DNA from: Anaerolineae bacterium
Lineage (GTDB): Bacteria; Chloroflexota; Anaerolineae; Anaerolineales; Villigracilaceae
Assembly (NCBI GenBank): GCA_041480185.1
Contig: JBGOZL010000001.1
Coordinates: forward strand, 1-24,658
Reading direction: 5' to 3'
Length of the DNA stretch: 24,658 bases
Shown here: positions 1-7,043 of the stretch, piece after piece
Position numbering within the stretch: the stretch's first letter is position 1
Layout of the letters: each line of letters begins with the position of its first letter
Position numbers and translations under genes: made by a program
The notes under the pieces: generated by a model
The model's database searches: none
What the model was told of the DNA's origin: nothing
Seen by the model: only the letters and a program-made list of their open reading frames with translations

Positions 1-12
1 GACATCTTTTCT

Positions 13-21
13 TGATATAAT
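13..21 (+). promoter_or_regulatory. Extended -10 element TGaTATAAT, candidate ychF promoter
   Basis: TG-A-TATAAT at 13-21 is a perfect extended -10 pointing toward ychF; the -35 region lies outside the window. Confidence 0.5.
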
Positions 22-104
22 GCCGAAGGTGGGACTTGAACCCACAATCCCGTCAGGGAACACGAGTTTGAGTCGTGCGCGTCTGCCAGTTCCGCCACTC
101 CGGC
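21..104 (-). tRNA. tRNA-Leu (anticodon CAA)
   Basis: Reverse complement GCCGGAGTGGCGGAACTGGCAGACGCGCACGACTCAAACTCGTGTTCCCTGACGGGATTGTGGGTTCAAGTCCCACCTTCGGCA. Acceptor stem GCCGGAG/CTTCGGC, anticodon arm CACGA-CTCAAAC-TCGTG, long variable arm, T-loop GGTTCAAGTCC, discriminator A. CCA is not encoded. Confidence 0.97.
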
Positions 105-114
105 CAGCGCCCAA

Positions 115-123
115 ATTTTACCA
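115..123 (-). promoter_or_regulatory. Extended -10 element TGgTAAAAT, candidate tRNA-Leu promoter
   Basis: Minus strand TGGTAAAAT ends 10 nt upstream of the mature tRNA 5' end (104). Confidence 0.55.
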
Positions 124-138
124 CAACAACAGGATCAG

Positions 139-1197
139 ATGAAACTTGGAATAATTGGCTTCCCACAATCAGGTAAAACCACCCTTTTTAATGCTCTGAC
201 GCGCGGCAACGCGCCCACCACTGCGTCTGCCGGGCGGATCGAGGTCCATACTGCGGTCGTGGATGTGCCTGACCCGCGTGTGGATACCCTCTCAGCCATG
301 TTCAAACCGAAAAAGACCATCTATGCCAAGATTACCTACGCTGACATAGCGGGGCTGGATAGCGGTGTGGCCAAATCCGGGATCTCTGGTCAGCTTCTGA
401 ACCAGTTGTCGCAAATGGATGGACTCATTCATGTCGTCCGCTGTTTTGAAGACGGGAATGTTCCCCATCCGTCCGGGAGTGTGGATCCGGCTCGTGACAT
501 CACCGCCATGGATGGGGAACTCCTTCTGAACGATCTTATTACCGCCGAGCGTAAACTTGAAAGATTGGTGGAGGAACGTAAAAAAGGGGGAACAGATAAG
601 GTTCTGAACGAGCGTCAGACGGCTTTGTTCACCCGCCTGCATGAAATTCTTTCTGCAGAGAAACCCCTGCGGGGAGTTGAAATTTCTGCCGAGGAAGAGA
701 AATTCCTTTCAGGCTTCGGTCTTCTGACCCGCAAACCTCTGCTTGTGCTGTTGAATCTGGGGGAGGGGCAGGCGGAGCCTATAGTGCAGACCACCTCGAG
801 GCTGGTGGCGCTGCAAGGCAAGTTGGAGATGGAGATTGCCCAACTGCCCCTTCCGGATGCAATGATCTTCATGTCGGAATATGGAATCAAGGAACTGTCG
901 CTCAACCGGATGATCAGCATTTCCTACGACCTGCTTGACCAGCAGTCCTTTTTCACTGTCGGCGAGGATGAAGTTCGGGCCTGGACCACTAGGCGCAAGG
1001 CCACGGCTGTTGAAGCAGCTGGTGAAATCCATACTGACCTGGCGCACGGGTTCGTGCGTGCCGAAGTGATCGCCTGCCAGGATTTGATCGAGTTGGGCGG
1101 AATGAGCGAGGCAAAGGCTAAAGGTAAACTGCGACTGGAAGGCAAGGAATACGTTGTGAAAGATGGTGACATCGTCCACATCCGCTCGAGTTTGTAA
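139..1197 (+). CDS. ychF: Redox-regulated Obg-family ATPase YchF
   Basis: G1 [18 protein letters not shown]; DIAGL; VVRCFED; C-terminal TGS-type [13 protein letters not shown]...AGEIHTDL...GFVRAEV...[22 protein letters not shown] upstream of the ATG. Confidence 0.96.
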   Translation: MKLGIIGFPQSGKTTLFNALTRGNAPTTASAGRIEVHTAVVDVPDPRVDTLSAMFKPKKTIYAKITYADIAGLDSGVAKSGISGQLLNQLSQMDGLIHVVRCFEDGNVPHPSGSVDPARDITAMDGELLLNDLITAERKLERLVEERKKGGTDKVLNERQTALFTRLHEILSAEKPLRGVEISAEEEKFLSGFGLLTRKPLLVLLNLGEGQAEPIVQTTSRLVALQGKLEMEIAQLPLPDAMIFMSEYGIKELSLNRMISISYDLLDQQSFFTVGEDEVRAWTTRRKATAVEAAGEIHTDLAHGFVRAEVIACQDLIELGGMSEAKAKGKLRLEGKEYVVKDGDIVHIRSSL

Positions 1198-1209
1198 TTT
1201 ATCGCTGGA

Positions 1210-1253
1210 ATAATAAAAGGCGCGCCGTAAAATCGGGACGCGCCTTTTATTAT
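1210..1253. terminator. Bidirectional intrinsic terminator between convergent ychF and ssb
   Basis: Perfect 15-bp inverted repeat ATAATAAAAGGCGCG (1210-1224) / CGCGCCTTTTATTAT (1239-1253); A-tract before and T-tract after the GC stem. Confidence 0.9.
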
Positions 1254-1266
1254 ATGATCTGAGTAA

Positions 1267-1653
1267 TCATGCGTCGTACTCGGCAGGTGCCTCCTCGATC
1301 ATCGCCACCGGTTCGTCTTCCGGTTTGCGGTCCAACATCTGCATCGACAGGGCTACCACCTTGGTGTAATATTTGGTATCGCCGCCTTTATCATCGAACT
1401 TGTCGGTTTTCAGGCGGCCTTCGAGGTAGATCAGGCTGCCTTTGTGCAGGTATTGCTGGCAGACCTCACCCAGCCGGGCCCAGGCCTCCACATTGACCCA
1501 TTCGGTGGATTCCTTGTTTTCCCCTTCTGCTGACTTCCATCGCTGGCTGACTGCTAGGCTGAAGTGTGCCACCTTCTTTCCGGTTGGAGTAGAGCGGGTT
1601 TCAGGATCCTTGCCAAGACGGCCGATTAATTGAACGCGGTTTAGAGCAGGCAT
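1267..1653 (-). CDS. ssb: Single-stranded DNA-binding protein, short paralog (128 aa)
   Basis: LNRVQLIGRLGKDPE, FSLAV, TEWVNVEAW, KGSLIYLEGRLKT OB-fold motifs; strong SD AAGGAG. Confidence 0.95.
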   Translation of the reverse strand: MPALNRVQLIGRLGKDPETRSTPTGKKVAHFSLAVSQRWKSAEGENKESTEWVNVEAWARLGEVCQQYLHKGSLIYLEGRLKTDKFDDKGGDTKYYTKVVALSMQMLDRKPEDEPVAMIEEAPAEYDA

Positions 1654-1695
1654 TAACTCATCTCCTTTTGCATAGGATTAATTGTGATTATCATT

Positions 1696-1723
1696 AGTGT
1701 AATGATGTTCAGACAATTGTCAA
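1696..1723 (-). promoter_or_regulatory. Sigma70-type promoter for ssb (TTGACA-16 nt-TACACT)
   Basis: Minus strand TTGACA at 1723-1718 and TACACT at 1701-1696, about 40 nt upstream of the ssb ATG. Confidence 0.6.
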
Positions 1724-1733
1724 GGTGGATATT

Positions 1734-2567
1734 ATGAAAATTGTGACATCACTCGCCGAACTGCGGGCCGCACGGTATCTTCTATCCGGGTCTGTCGGAT
1801 TTGTACCGACCATGGGGTTCCTGCATGCCGGTCACATATCCTTGGTGGCGGCAGCCAGGGCTGAATGCGACCGTGTGGTCGCAAGCATTTTTGTGAACCC
1901 GACCCAGTTTGGACCAAATGAGGATCTGGCCAAATATCCGCGCGACCTGCCGCGCGACCTGGATTTGCTTGACGCTGCCGGAGTGGACCTGGTCTGGACG
2001 CCCACCGCGGAGGTCATGTACCCGTCCGGGTTCCAAACCTGGGTACAGGTGGAGGCATTGACTCGTCGGCTGGAGGGCGAAATCCGCCCTACACATTTTC
2101 GCGGGGTAACAACTGTGGTTGCCAAGCTGTTCAACGCGGTTGGACCGGACAAAGCTTACTTTGGCCAGAAAGATGCCCAGCAGGCCGTTGTGGTGCAGCG
2201 TATGATAAAGGATCTGGATTTTCCGATTGAGATCGTTGTCTGCCCTACCTTACGGGAAGAAGACGGGCTGGCGATGTCCAGCCGCAACGCGTATCTTAAC
2301 CCCGCGGAGCGCCGGGCCGCGACGGTTCTCTTCCGTGCTCTCAGCGCTGCCAAATCGGCTTATGATTCCGGGGAACGCGCAGCCGAAAAACTGCGGGTAA
2401 TAGTGAGTGGCATTGTTGCTTCCGAGCCGCTGGCAAAATTGCAATATGTCTCTTGTGCCGATTATGATTCGCTGGAAGAGTTGGAATCGGTGCGCGGCAA
2501 GGCTCTGATTTCAATGGCGGTCTTTATGGGGAAAAGCAGGCTGATCGATAATTTTGTAATAGGGTAA
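1734..2567 (+). CDS. panC: Pantoate--beta-alanine ligase (pantothenate synthetase)
   Basis: VPTMGFLHAGH (HIGH-like), SIFVNPTQF, RPTHFRGVTTVVAKLF, YFGQKDAQQ, DGLAMSSRN, RLIDN. ATG 1734 (MKIV) preferred over GTG 1725 because the SD-like AAGGTGG precedes it. Confidence 0.97.
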   Translation: MKIVTSLAELRAARYLLSGSVGFVPTMGFLHAGHISLVAAARAECDRVVASIFVNPTQFGPNEDLAKYPRDLPRDLDLLDAAGVDLVWTPTAEVMYPSGFQTWVQVEALTRRLEGEIRPTHFRGVTTVVAKLFNAVGPDKAYFGQKDAQQAVVVQRMIKDLDFPIEIVVCPTLREEDGLAMSSRNAYLNPAERRAATVLFRALSAAKSAYDSGERAAEKLRVIVSGIVASEPLAKLQYVSCADYDSLEELESVRGKALISMAVFMGKSRLIDNFVIG

Positions 2568-2748
2568 AGTCCAGGACGGATTTCGGTTGGACCTGATAAA
2601 CCTCGATGATACCAAATGAGTAATCCCCCGGTGTTCCATTCGGTTTAGTTCCATCCCTGCATTAGTCAAATGCCAGGAATAACACTTGCTCAAGGGGGTA
2701 CCCTGCGCTGTACAAATTACCTTTTTCATTCAGCTGGTGACTTGGCAT

Positions 2749-3711
2749 TTAGTTAATCATTGTTTGCGTCTTATTTTTTTTGGCTGCTTCAGCATAGAAG
2801 GTAATCCACTTATTCGCCTCTCCGCGCTTGCCTGCCACCCATGGACATTGAGTGGGAGTCCAATCCAGAGGATACCGACCAGCCGCGTCGCGATTGTTCT
2901 CCAGTTCGGCCCAGGCAGATGACAATCTCTCATCTCTCCCATACCCCATTTTACTTAATGCATATAGAACTTCATATGAATTTGCGCGCCAGGTAATGGG
3001 GAATGACAGGGTTTGCACATCTCGATTGACAGGGACCCCTGGATGTTTAGATTGAAAGATGCCTCCCCGTCGCAGGAAATAATCTACCAATTGCATACAT
3101 CTTGGTTGGTTCCAGTATACGGGAAATTCCGAAAAAGCCAGGAGAGCCTTGACTGAGCCCCGGAAACAACTTTTCACTGAATTGGTCTTGGTTTTTCCTT
3201 CGTGGATGTCACACAAATATCCCCCGTCTTTGCGATATGTTTGGTTCAACAGTTCCATTGCGCGTTGTACTCGCTTGTCCTCCTGAAAACCTAAACGAAC
3301 AAAAGTTCGTATGTTGTATCCCAACAGGCAGGAATAATGTCTCAACCAGTCCCCGTCCGGTTGTTGCAGGGCAAGATACCGCTCTGCAGCTTTTTCCACT
3401 TGCGGCTGGGTGCGATCCACGCCCAGTTCGGACAGGTAGGCGAGACAAAAGTGCGTTGTTCCGAAAGAACCATAATCCGCCCCATCGCCTGTTACCCTTT
3501 GAGTACGCGGGTTTTTTTGAAGCCAGTACCCATCCGGGTGCATTTTCTCGAGCAAAATTTGTACCGGGAGAGACTGCAGGATTGCTGATTTTGCTTTTAT
3601 TGTCTCGGGCGCGTCATCGTTATAGTTCAGGATTTCTGTAAGCGTGCGATATCTTACTGATGGATTGTCTTCTTCCAGCAACCACTGAATAACTTCCATT
3701 TGAGCGTCCAT
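2749..3711 (-). CDS. Hypothetical alpha/alpha-barrel protein with prenyltransferase/squalene-cyclase-like repeats
   Basis: Long ORF with repeated Q/R-x-x-DG-x-W/Y motifs (QQPDGDW, RKDGGY, RDAAGRY) and N-terminal WLLEEDNPSVRY. Start uncertain (3732 TTG, 3711 or 3699 ATG). Confidence 0.65.
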   Translation of the reverse strand: MDAQMEVIQWLLEEDNPSVRYRTLTEILNYNDDAPETIKAKSAILQSLPVQILLEKMHPDGYWLQKNPRTQRVTGDGADYGSFGTTHFCLAYLSELGVDRTQPQVEKAAERYLALQQPDGDWLRHYSCLLGYNIRTFVRLGFQEDKRVQRAMELLNQTYRKDGGYLCDIHEGKTKTNSVKSCFRGSVKALLAFSEFPVYWNQPRCMQLVDYFLRRGGIFQSKHPGVPVNRDVQTLSFPITWRANSYEVLYALSKMGYGRDERLSSAWAELENNRDAAGRYPLDWTPTQCPWVAGKRGEANKWITFYAEAAKKNKTQTMIN

Positions 3712-3824
3712 TCGCCAACCTGTATGGGTCAATCTCCCAATGCATAGTCCGTTGAGATACTTCTAAATTCTGAACAGGTACTGTCCCCCAATTTTCATCA
3801 TTATTTTACATTGCCGCCAAATTA

Positions 3825-4088
3825 TTACACTTGTTCGAACTTCTCCACCGGCACAACAAATATGGTGGCACGCTTTTCACCCTCGGGGGCGGGGCAGCAG
3901 GTTTCCTTCAAAACCTGGATGGCCGAATCCACTTTCTCGTCATCCACACCCACCAGAAGGGTGGTTACACCTCGCCGCAAAATTCCGCCAGTCGAAGCGA
4001 TGCGCGTCACACGGAAATGGCCGTCCGTCAGCGCCCGTGTGACCGGGTCAGAGTCCACATCCCGGAGGATGGCAATAATCATTTTCAT
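3825..4088 (-). CDS. PII-like c-di-AMP receptor (DarA/PstA, DUF970) paralog, short B-loop variant (87 aa)
   Basis: MKMIIAIL...RVTRIASTGGILRRGVTTLLVGV...ATIFVVPVEKFEQV matches the DarA layout. GAGGAG SD supports ATG 4088 rather than 4097. Confidence 0.85.
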   Translation of the reverse strand: MKMIIAILRDVDSDPVTRALTDGHFRVTRIASTGGILRRGVTTLLVGVDDEKVDSAIQVLKETCCPAPEGEKRATIFVVPVEKFEQV

Positions 4089-4122
4089 GGCACACACTCC
4101 TCAGCTTCGCGAATGACGAGGT

Positions 4123-4461
4123 CTAGAACTCCTCGAACCGTTCCACCGGAATCGTAAAGATCGTCGCTCCACCGACCGTCACTGGCACCGGGGTCGGTAG
4201 CGGTAGTGGTGAACCTTCCAACGGGATGGCGAGATATTCAACCCTCTGGCGGCAGGATTTTTGCAGTGCCACCCGCACATCGTCTTCCATGCCCTCTGGC
4301 AAGCCCACCAACAATGTAGCATTGCGCCGTCCCAGAAAGCCTCCGGTGCTTGCCAGGTGAAATACAGGCACGCCCAACGCACCCACGGCACGCGTCGCCA
4401 GGTCCACGTCTTGTTCCTGGACGATTGCAGTTATCAGAAAACGAATGGGGAGATTATCCAT
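4123..4461 (-). CDS. darA: PII-like c-di-AMP receptor DarA/PstA (112 aa)
   Basis: AIVQEQD, LASTGGFL..RNATLLVG, V.VGGATIF.IPVERFEEF are DarA/PstA hallmark segments, with a full-length B-loop. Confidence 0.88.
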   Translation of the reverse strand: MDNLPIRFLITAIVQEQDVDLATRAVGALGVPVFHLASTGGFLGRRNATLLVGLPEGMEDDVRVALQKSCRQRVEYLAIPLEGSPLPLPTPVPVTVGGATIFTIPVERFEEF

Positions 4462-4470
4462 ACGAGCCTC

Positions 4471-6969
4471 CTAGTCGGGGTCTCGTCCCAAGCGAGATTC
4501 GGGATGGTTTACTGGAACCGTGCCGGGCGAGATAACCGCATCGGTCGGGTCGTCCAGCTTGACAGTCTGTCCATCGGGAAAGATCACCACGGTCTCGTCT
4601 GCGTGGCGGGTGATGGTCAGACCCCTATATTTTACCGTAACTGGCCATGGAAAAGGGTTCTTTCCACTTAAAACAACCCGGTGCCTCGTCGCGGGAGTAC
4701 CTGGTGTCGATTCGATCCATACCCCCAGAGTTCCCAGGAACAGACCGAGGGGAGCAAGCCCTTGAACTGGATTTCGTTCTCCGATGGCTGCCCCGCTTGC
4801 GGAGTGGTAGGCATGCGCAAAAGCGTGTTCCTGCTTGAGATTCTGGATGACCGCAGCCATAAGACGGGTTGTCAAAATAGCAGCTTCCTGTCTCAGACCA
4901 TATTTAAGGAGCCCTTCGCCGATCAATGCATTCCATGGCAGATGGACGGTGGTGCATGCGGGAGCAGGCTTGTGGGGAGGGGAGGTCGCCGACTTCCTTG
5001 GAACCGAATTTGCTGCCTCTCGGGCTCGAACTGGGATTGCCTCGCAAACAGGGATGCCGTACCTTCCGCCGAACCGGTCAGCCGCAAGAATGGACCCTTT
5101 GACGAGGTCGATGGCGCGGTCTGCGTTGGGAATGCCGGCCCACAACGGCATGAATAGAGTCACATCTCCGGTTGAAAAGTCCATGACTGAGACTGAAACC
5201 CGATCGCGTTTTTCCAGCCCGTTAACAACAATTTCATCTACGCTGGTGTAGACCAACCGGGTGGTGGCTACAGCCAGACCCGCTCCCCAATGGAAATCTT
5301 TTCTCTCCACGCGTTCAATCTGGGGTATCCCGTCGCTTTGTCCGCGCAGGCAAACGTCCGGGCTGATCGTGGATTTCCCAACCAGCTCCAGCCTGATGAG
5401 CAAGCGAATGGGTTGCCGGAATCTCCGCTTTGGGGTGAGAGTACCCGGCCCGCGCCGGGTGCCAAGCAATTTCCCTGCTGGGCTCAGGTGAGTGTCTCGG
5501 TCCCGTAAGTGGTAGATCGCATCGTCAGCATCCCAACATTCTTCGGTGAGGAGGGAGAACCGTTCAGATTCCTTTTCCCATTTTTTGTGCTTTTGGGGTT
5601 GGTCGAGTGCCTCGGCGATAATTGCAAGCGTTTGGGCTTCCCTGCGCAGCATTGCTGTTAAGGCCGGGCTTTCAGTAGTGGTGATGTCAGCTCCCTGGCC
5701 GTTCGCCTGCCAGATATCGAACGCCGGATTATCTTCGAGCCCGGTCTGCAAGGGAAGATCCCATTCAGGGAAACCGTCATCATCCCGATCGTGGGATCTT
5801 TCAAACCAGCATTTGATAAAGGCTTCTAGCCCAGGTTGGACTTCCCGCAAAAAGACCAGGTCTCCAGTCTGAAGAAAGGTCTGCCAGGCAAGGTTTGCAA
5901 GGAGTGGGGCAGCGAGCCAGTGTCCGCGTTGACCGGCGAGACCAGGCTTCCCGTCAATGGCACCTGCCTCGGACTGCCCGGCAAGAAAGTTTCGTAATAG
6001 GCCGGCAGCCAGTCCAGGTGATCCTGGAAGCTGGCTTGCGAGCCAGCCGGCTTCCAGGATCGGTTGCCCACTCCACAAGTGGGTGTAATCTCTTCCATCC
6101 CCACGCGGTGAATATCCCTGGTCTGGCTGGCGGGTGAGCACAAAGCTTGGATTGGGAATATGTTGGCTTGGGCCGAAGAAAAGTGAGAAGGCGGTCTTCT
6201 GACTCAGGGCGAAGGCTGCATCCCAGTCCGGGTCGCCGGTGTGTACATCGATGGATTGGGACGCGTTAACAATTTCGATTTTTGCCCGTTCGGCCTCCCA
6301 TTGACGGGCCGCAGTAATGCGAGCCAGTTCGAACGATTCAGTTGGTGTACCAAGGGCAGCTTGTGCCCAAGTTAGCGTGCGCGTGCTTCCGGCAGACAGC
6401 GCCAGGTTAAGAGCAAGGGAGGGATACGGTCCGGGCCCGGGCTGGGGTCCGCCAGTAAGGAAGATGACCGGTGCGAGATCCGCGCATCGGCCCGCCAGGA
6501 CATTCACCAATTGCAGAGAAAGTGGTGCAAGGCTTTGCCCATCCATAGGAGTAAGTTGTCCGCACAGTTCAAGCAGGAGGCTCCTAGTTTCCTCAGTTTT
6601 GTTTGTCACGGTTAAGCGCCCTGATGTGGTGTGCGAATCGGGTACCCAGTACTCAGCCGTCACTTCCAGGTTGGGGAAGGGAGAAAAATCGAGTGAAAGA
6701 AAATTAGGGAAGAAACGGTGCAGGATAGGTGGGAGCGAAAACGCAGCCGGGTTGGAGACAGACTGGTTGCCTAGTGTGAAGCGGGGAAAGAGGCGCATCC
6801 TGCGGGCACGCAAACCGTAGGTTGTATACAGGGATAAAGCAGGCGGGTCGCCGCTGCCGATCTCGAGTTCCCAGATATGATCGTTGATGTAGTCAGGGGT
6901 GCAAAAGCGAAAGTCGGCAGCCAGGGTAAGGGCAAGCGGGTCACCGGGTCCGAGAGTCCAATCACGCAT
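4471..6969 (-). CDS. Glycoside-hydrolase-like protein, (alpha/alpha)6 barrel (GH63/MGH1 or amylo-alpha-1,6-glucosidase-like), 832 aa
   Basis: N-terminal beta-rich region, then barrel motifs LLRNFL.GQSE.G, DRDDDGFPEW...TGLEDNP, CWDADDAIYHLRD, FMPLWAG, PWNALIGEGLLKYG...A..L. Exact family and substrate not determinable by eye. Confidence 0.65.
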   Translation of the reverse strand: MRDWTLGPGDPLALTLAADFRFCTPDYINDHIWELEIGSGDPPALSLYTTYGLRARRMRLFPRFTLGNQSVSNPAAFSLPPILHRFFPNFLSLDFSPFPNLEVTAEYWVPDSHTTSGRLTVTNKTEETRSLLLELCGQLTPMDGQSLAPLSLQLVNVLAGRCADLAPVIFLTGGPQPGPGPYPSLALNLALSAGSTRTLTWAQAALGTPTESFELARITAARQWEAERAKIEIVNASQSIDVHTGDPDWDAAFALSQKTAFSLFFGPSQHIPNPSFVLTRQPDQGYSPRGDGRDYTHLWSGQPILEAGWLASQLPGSPGLAAGLLRNFLAGQSEAGAIDGKPGLAGQRGHWLAAPLLANLAWQTFLQTGDLVFLREVQPGLEAFIKCWFERSHDRDDDGFPEWDLPLQTGLEDNPAFDIWQANGQGADITTTESPALTAMLRREAQTLAIIAEALDQPQKHKKWEKESERFSLLTEECWDADDAIYHLRDRDTHLSPAGKLLGTRRGPGTLTPKRRFRQPIRLLIRLELVGKSTISPDVCLRGQSDGIPQIERVERKDFHWGAGLAVATTRLVYTSVDEIVVNGLEKRDRVSVSVMDFSTGDVTLFMPLWAGIPNADRAIDLVKGSILAADRFGGRYGIPVCEAIPVRAREAANSVPRKSATSPPHKPAPACTTVHLPWNALIGEGLLKYGLRQEAAILTTRLMAAVIQNLKQEHAFAHAYHSASGAAIGERNPVQGLAPLGLFLGTLGVWIESTPGTPATRHRVVLSGKNPFPWPVTVKYRGLTITRHADETVVIFPDGQTVKLDDPTDAVISPGTVPVNHPESRLGRDPD

Positions 6970-6975
6970 CAGGCA

Positions 6976-7004
6976 AGTATACGGTTGTTTCGACCGGAGG
7001 TCAA
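6976..7004 (-). promoter_or_regulatory. Sigma70 promoter TTGACC-17 nt-TATACT, probably leaderless, for the GH-darA-darA operon
   Basis: -35 at 7004-6999, -10 at 6981-6976, only 6 nt to ATG 6969, no SD. Confidence 0.7.
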
Positions 7005-7012
7005 AGGTTTTG

Positions 7013-7021
7013 TGCTAGAAT
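7013..7021 (+). promoter_or_regulatory. Extended -10 TGcTAGAAT for the PBP gene
   Basis: TG-C-TAGAAT ends 22 nt upstream of ATG 7044; no SD in the short leader. Confidence 0.5.
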
Positions 7022-7043
7022 TATTAGATTACTGCGATCCACT

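Noticed and set aside
21-104. tRNA 3' end as a prophage or island attachment site
   Set aside because: No integrase and no duplicated tRNA 3' fragment within the window; the sequence downstream of the tRNA is outside the window.
1699-1710. Possible LexA (GAAC-N4-GTTC) box in the ssb promoter spacer
   Set aside because: Minus strand reads GAAC-ATCA-TTAC, only 6/8; too weak to call.
2511-2729. 72-aa minus-strand ORF between panC and the barrel gene
   Set aside because: No SD, overlaps the panC 3' end, no motif; cannot distinguish from a chance ORF.
2658-2750. 8-bp inverted repeat AAATGCCA/TGGCATTT
   Set aside because: Short and widely spaced; expected by chance; no target duplication or transposase.
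6970-7043. c-di-AMP (ydaO) riboswitch ahead of the darA operon or the PBP
   Set aside because: The gap is only 74 bp and filled by two promoters; no room for the aptamer.
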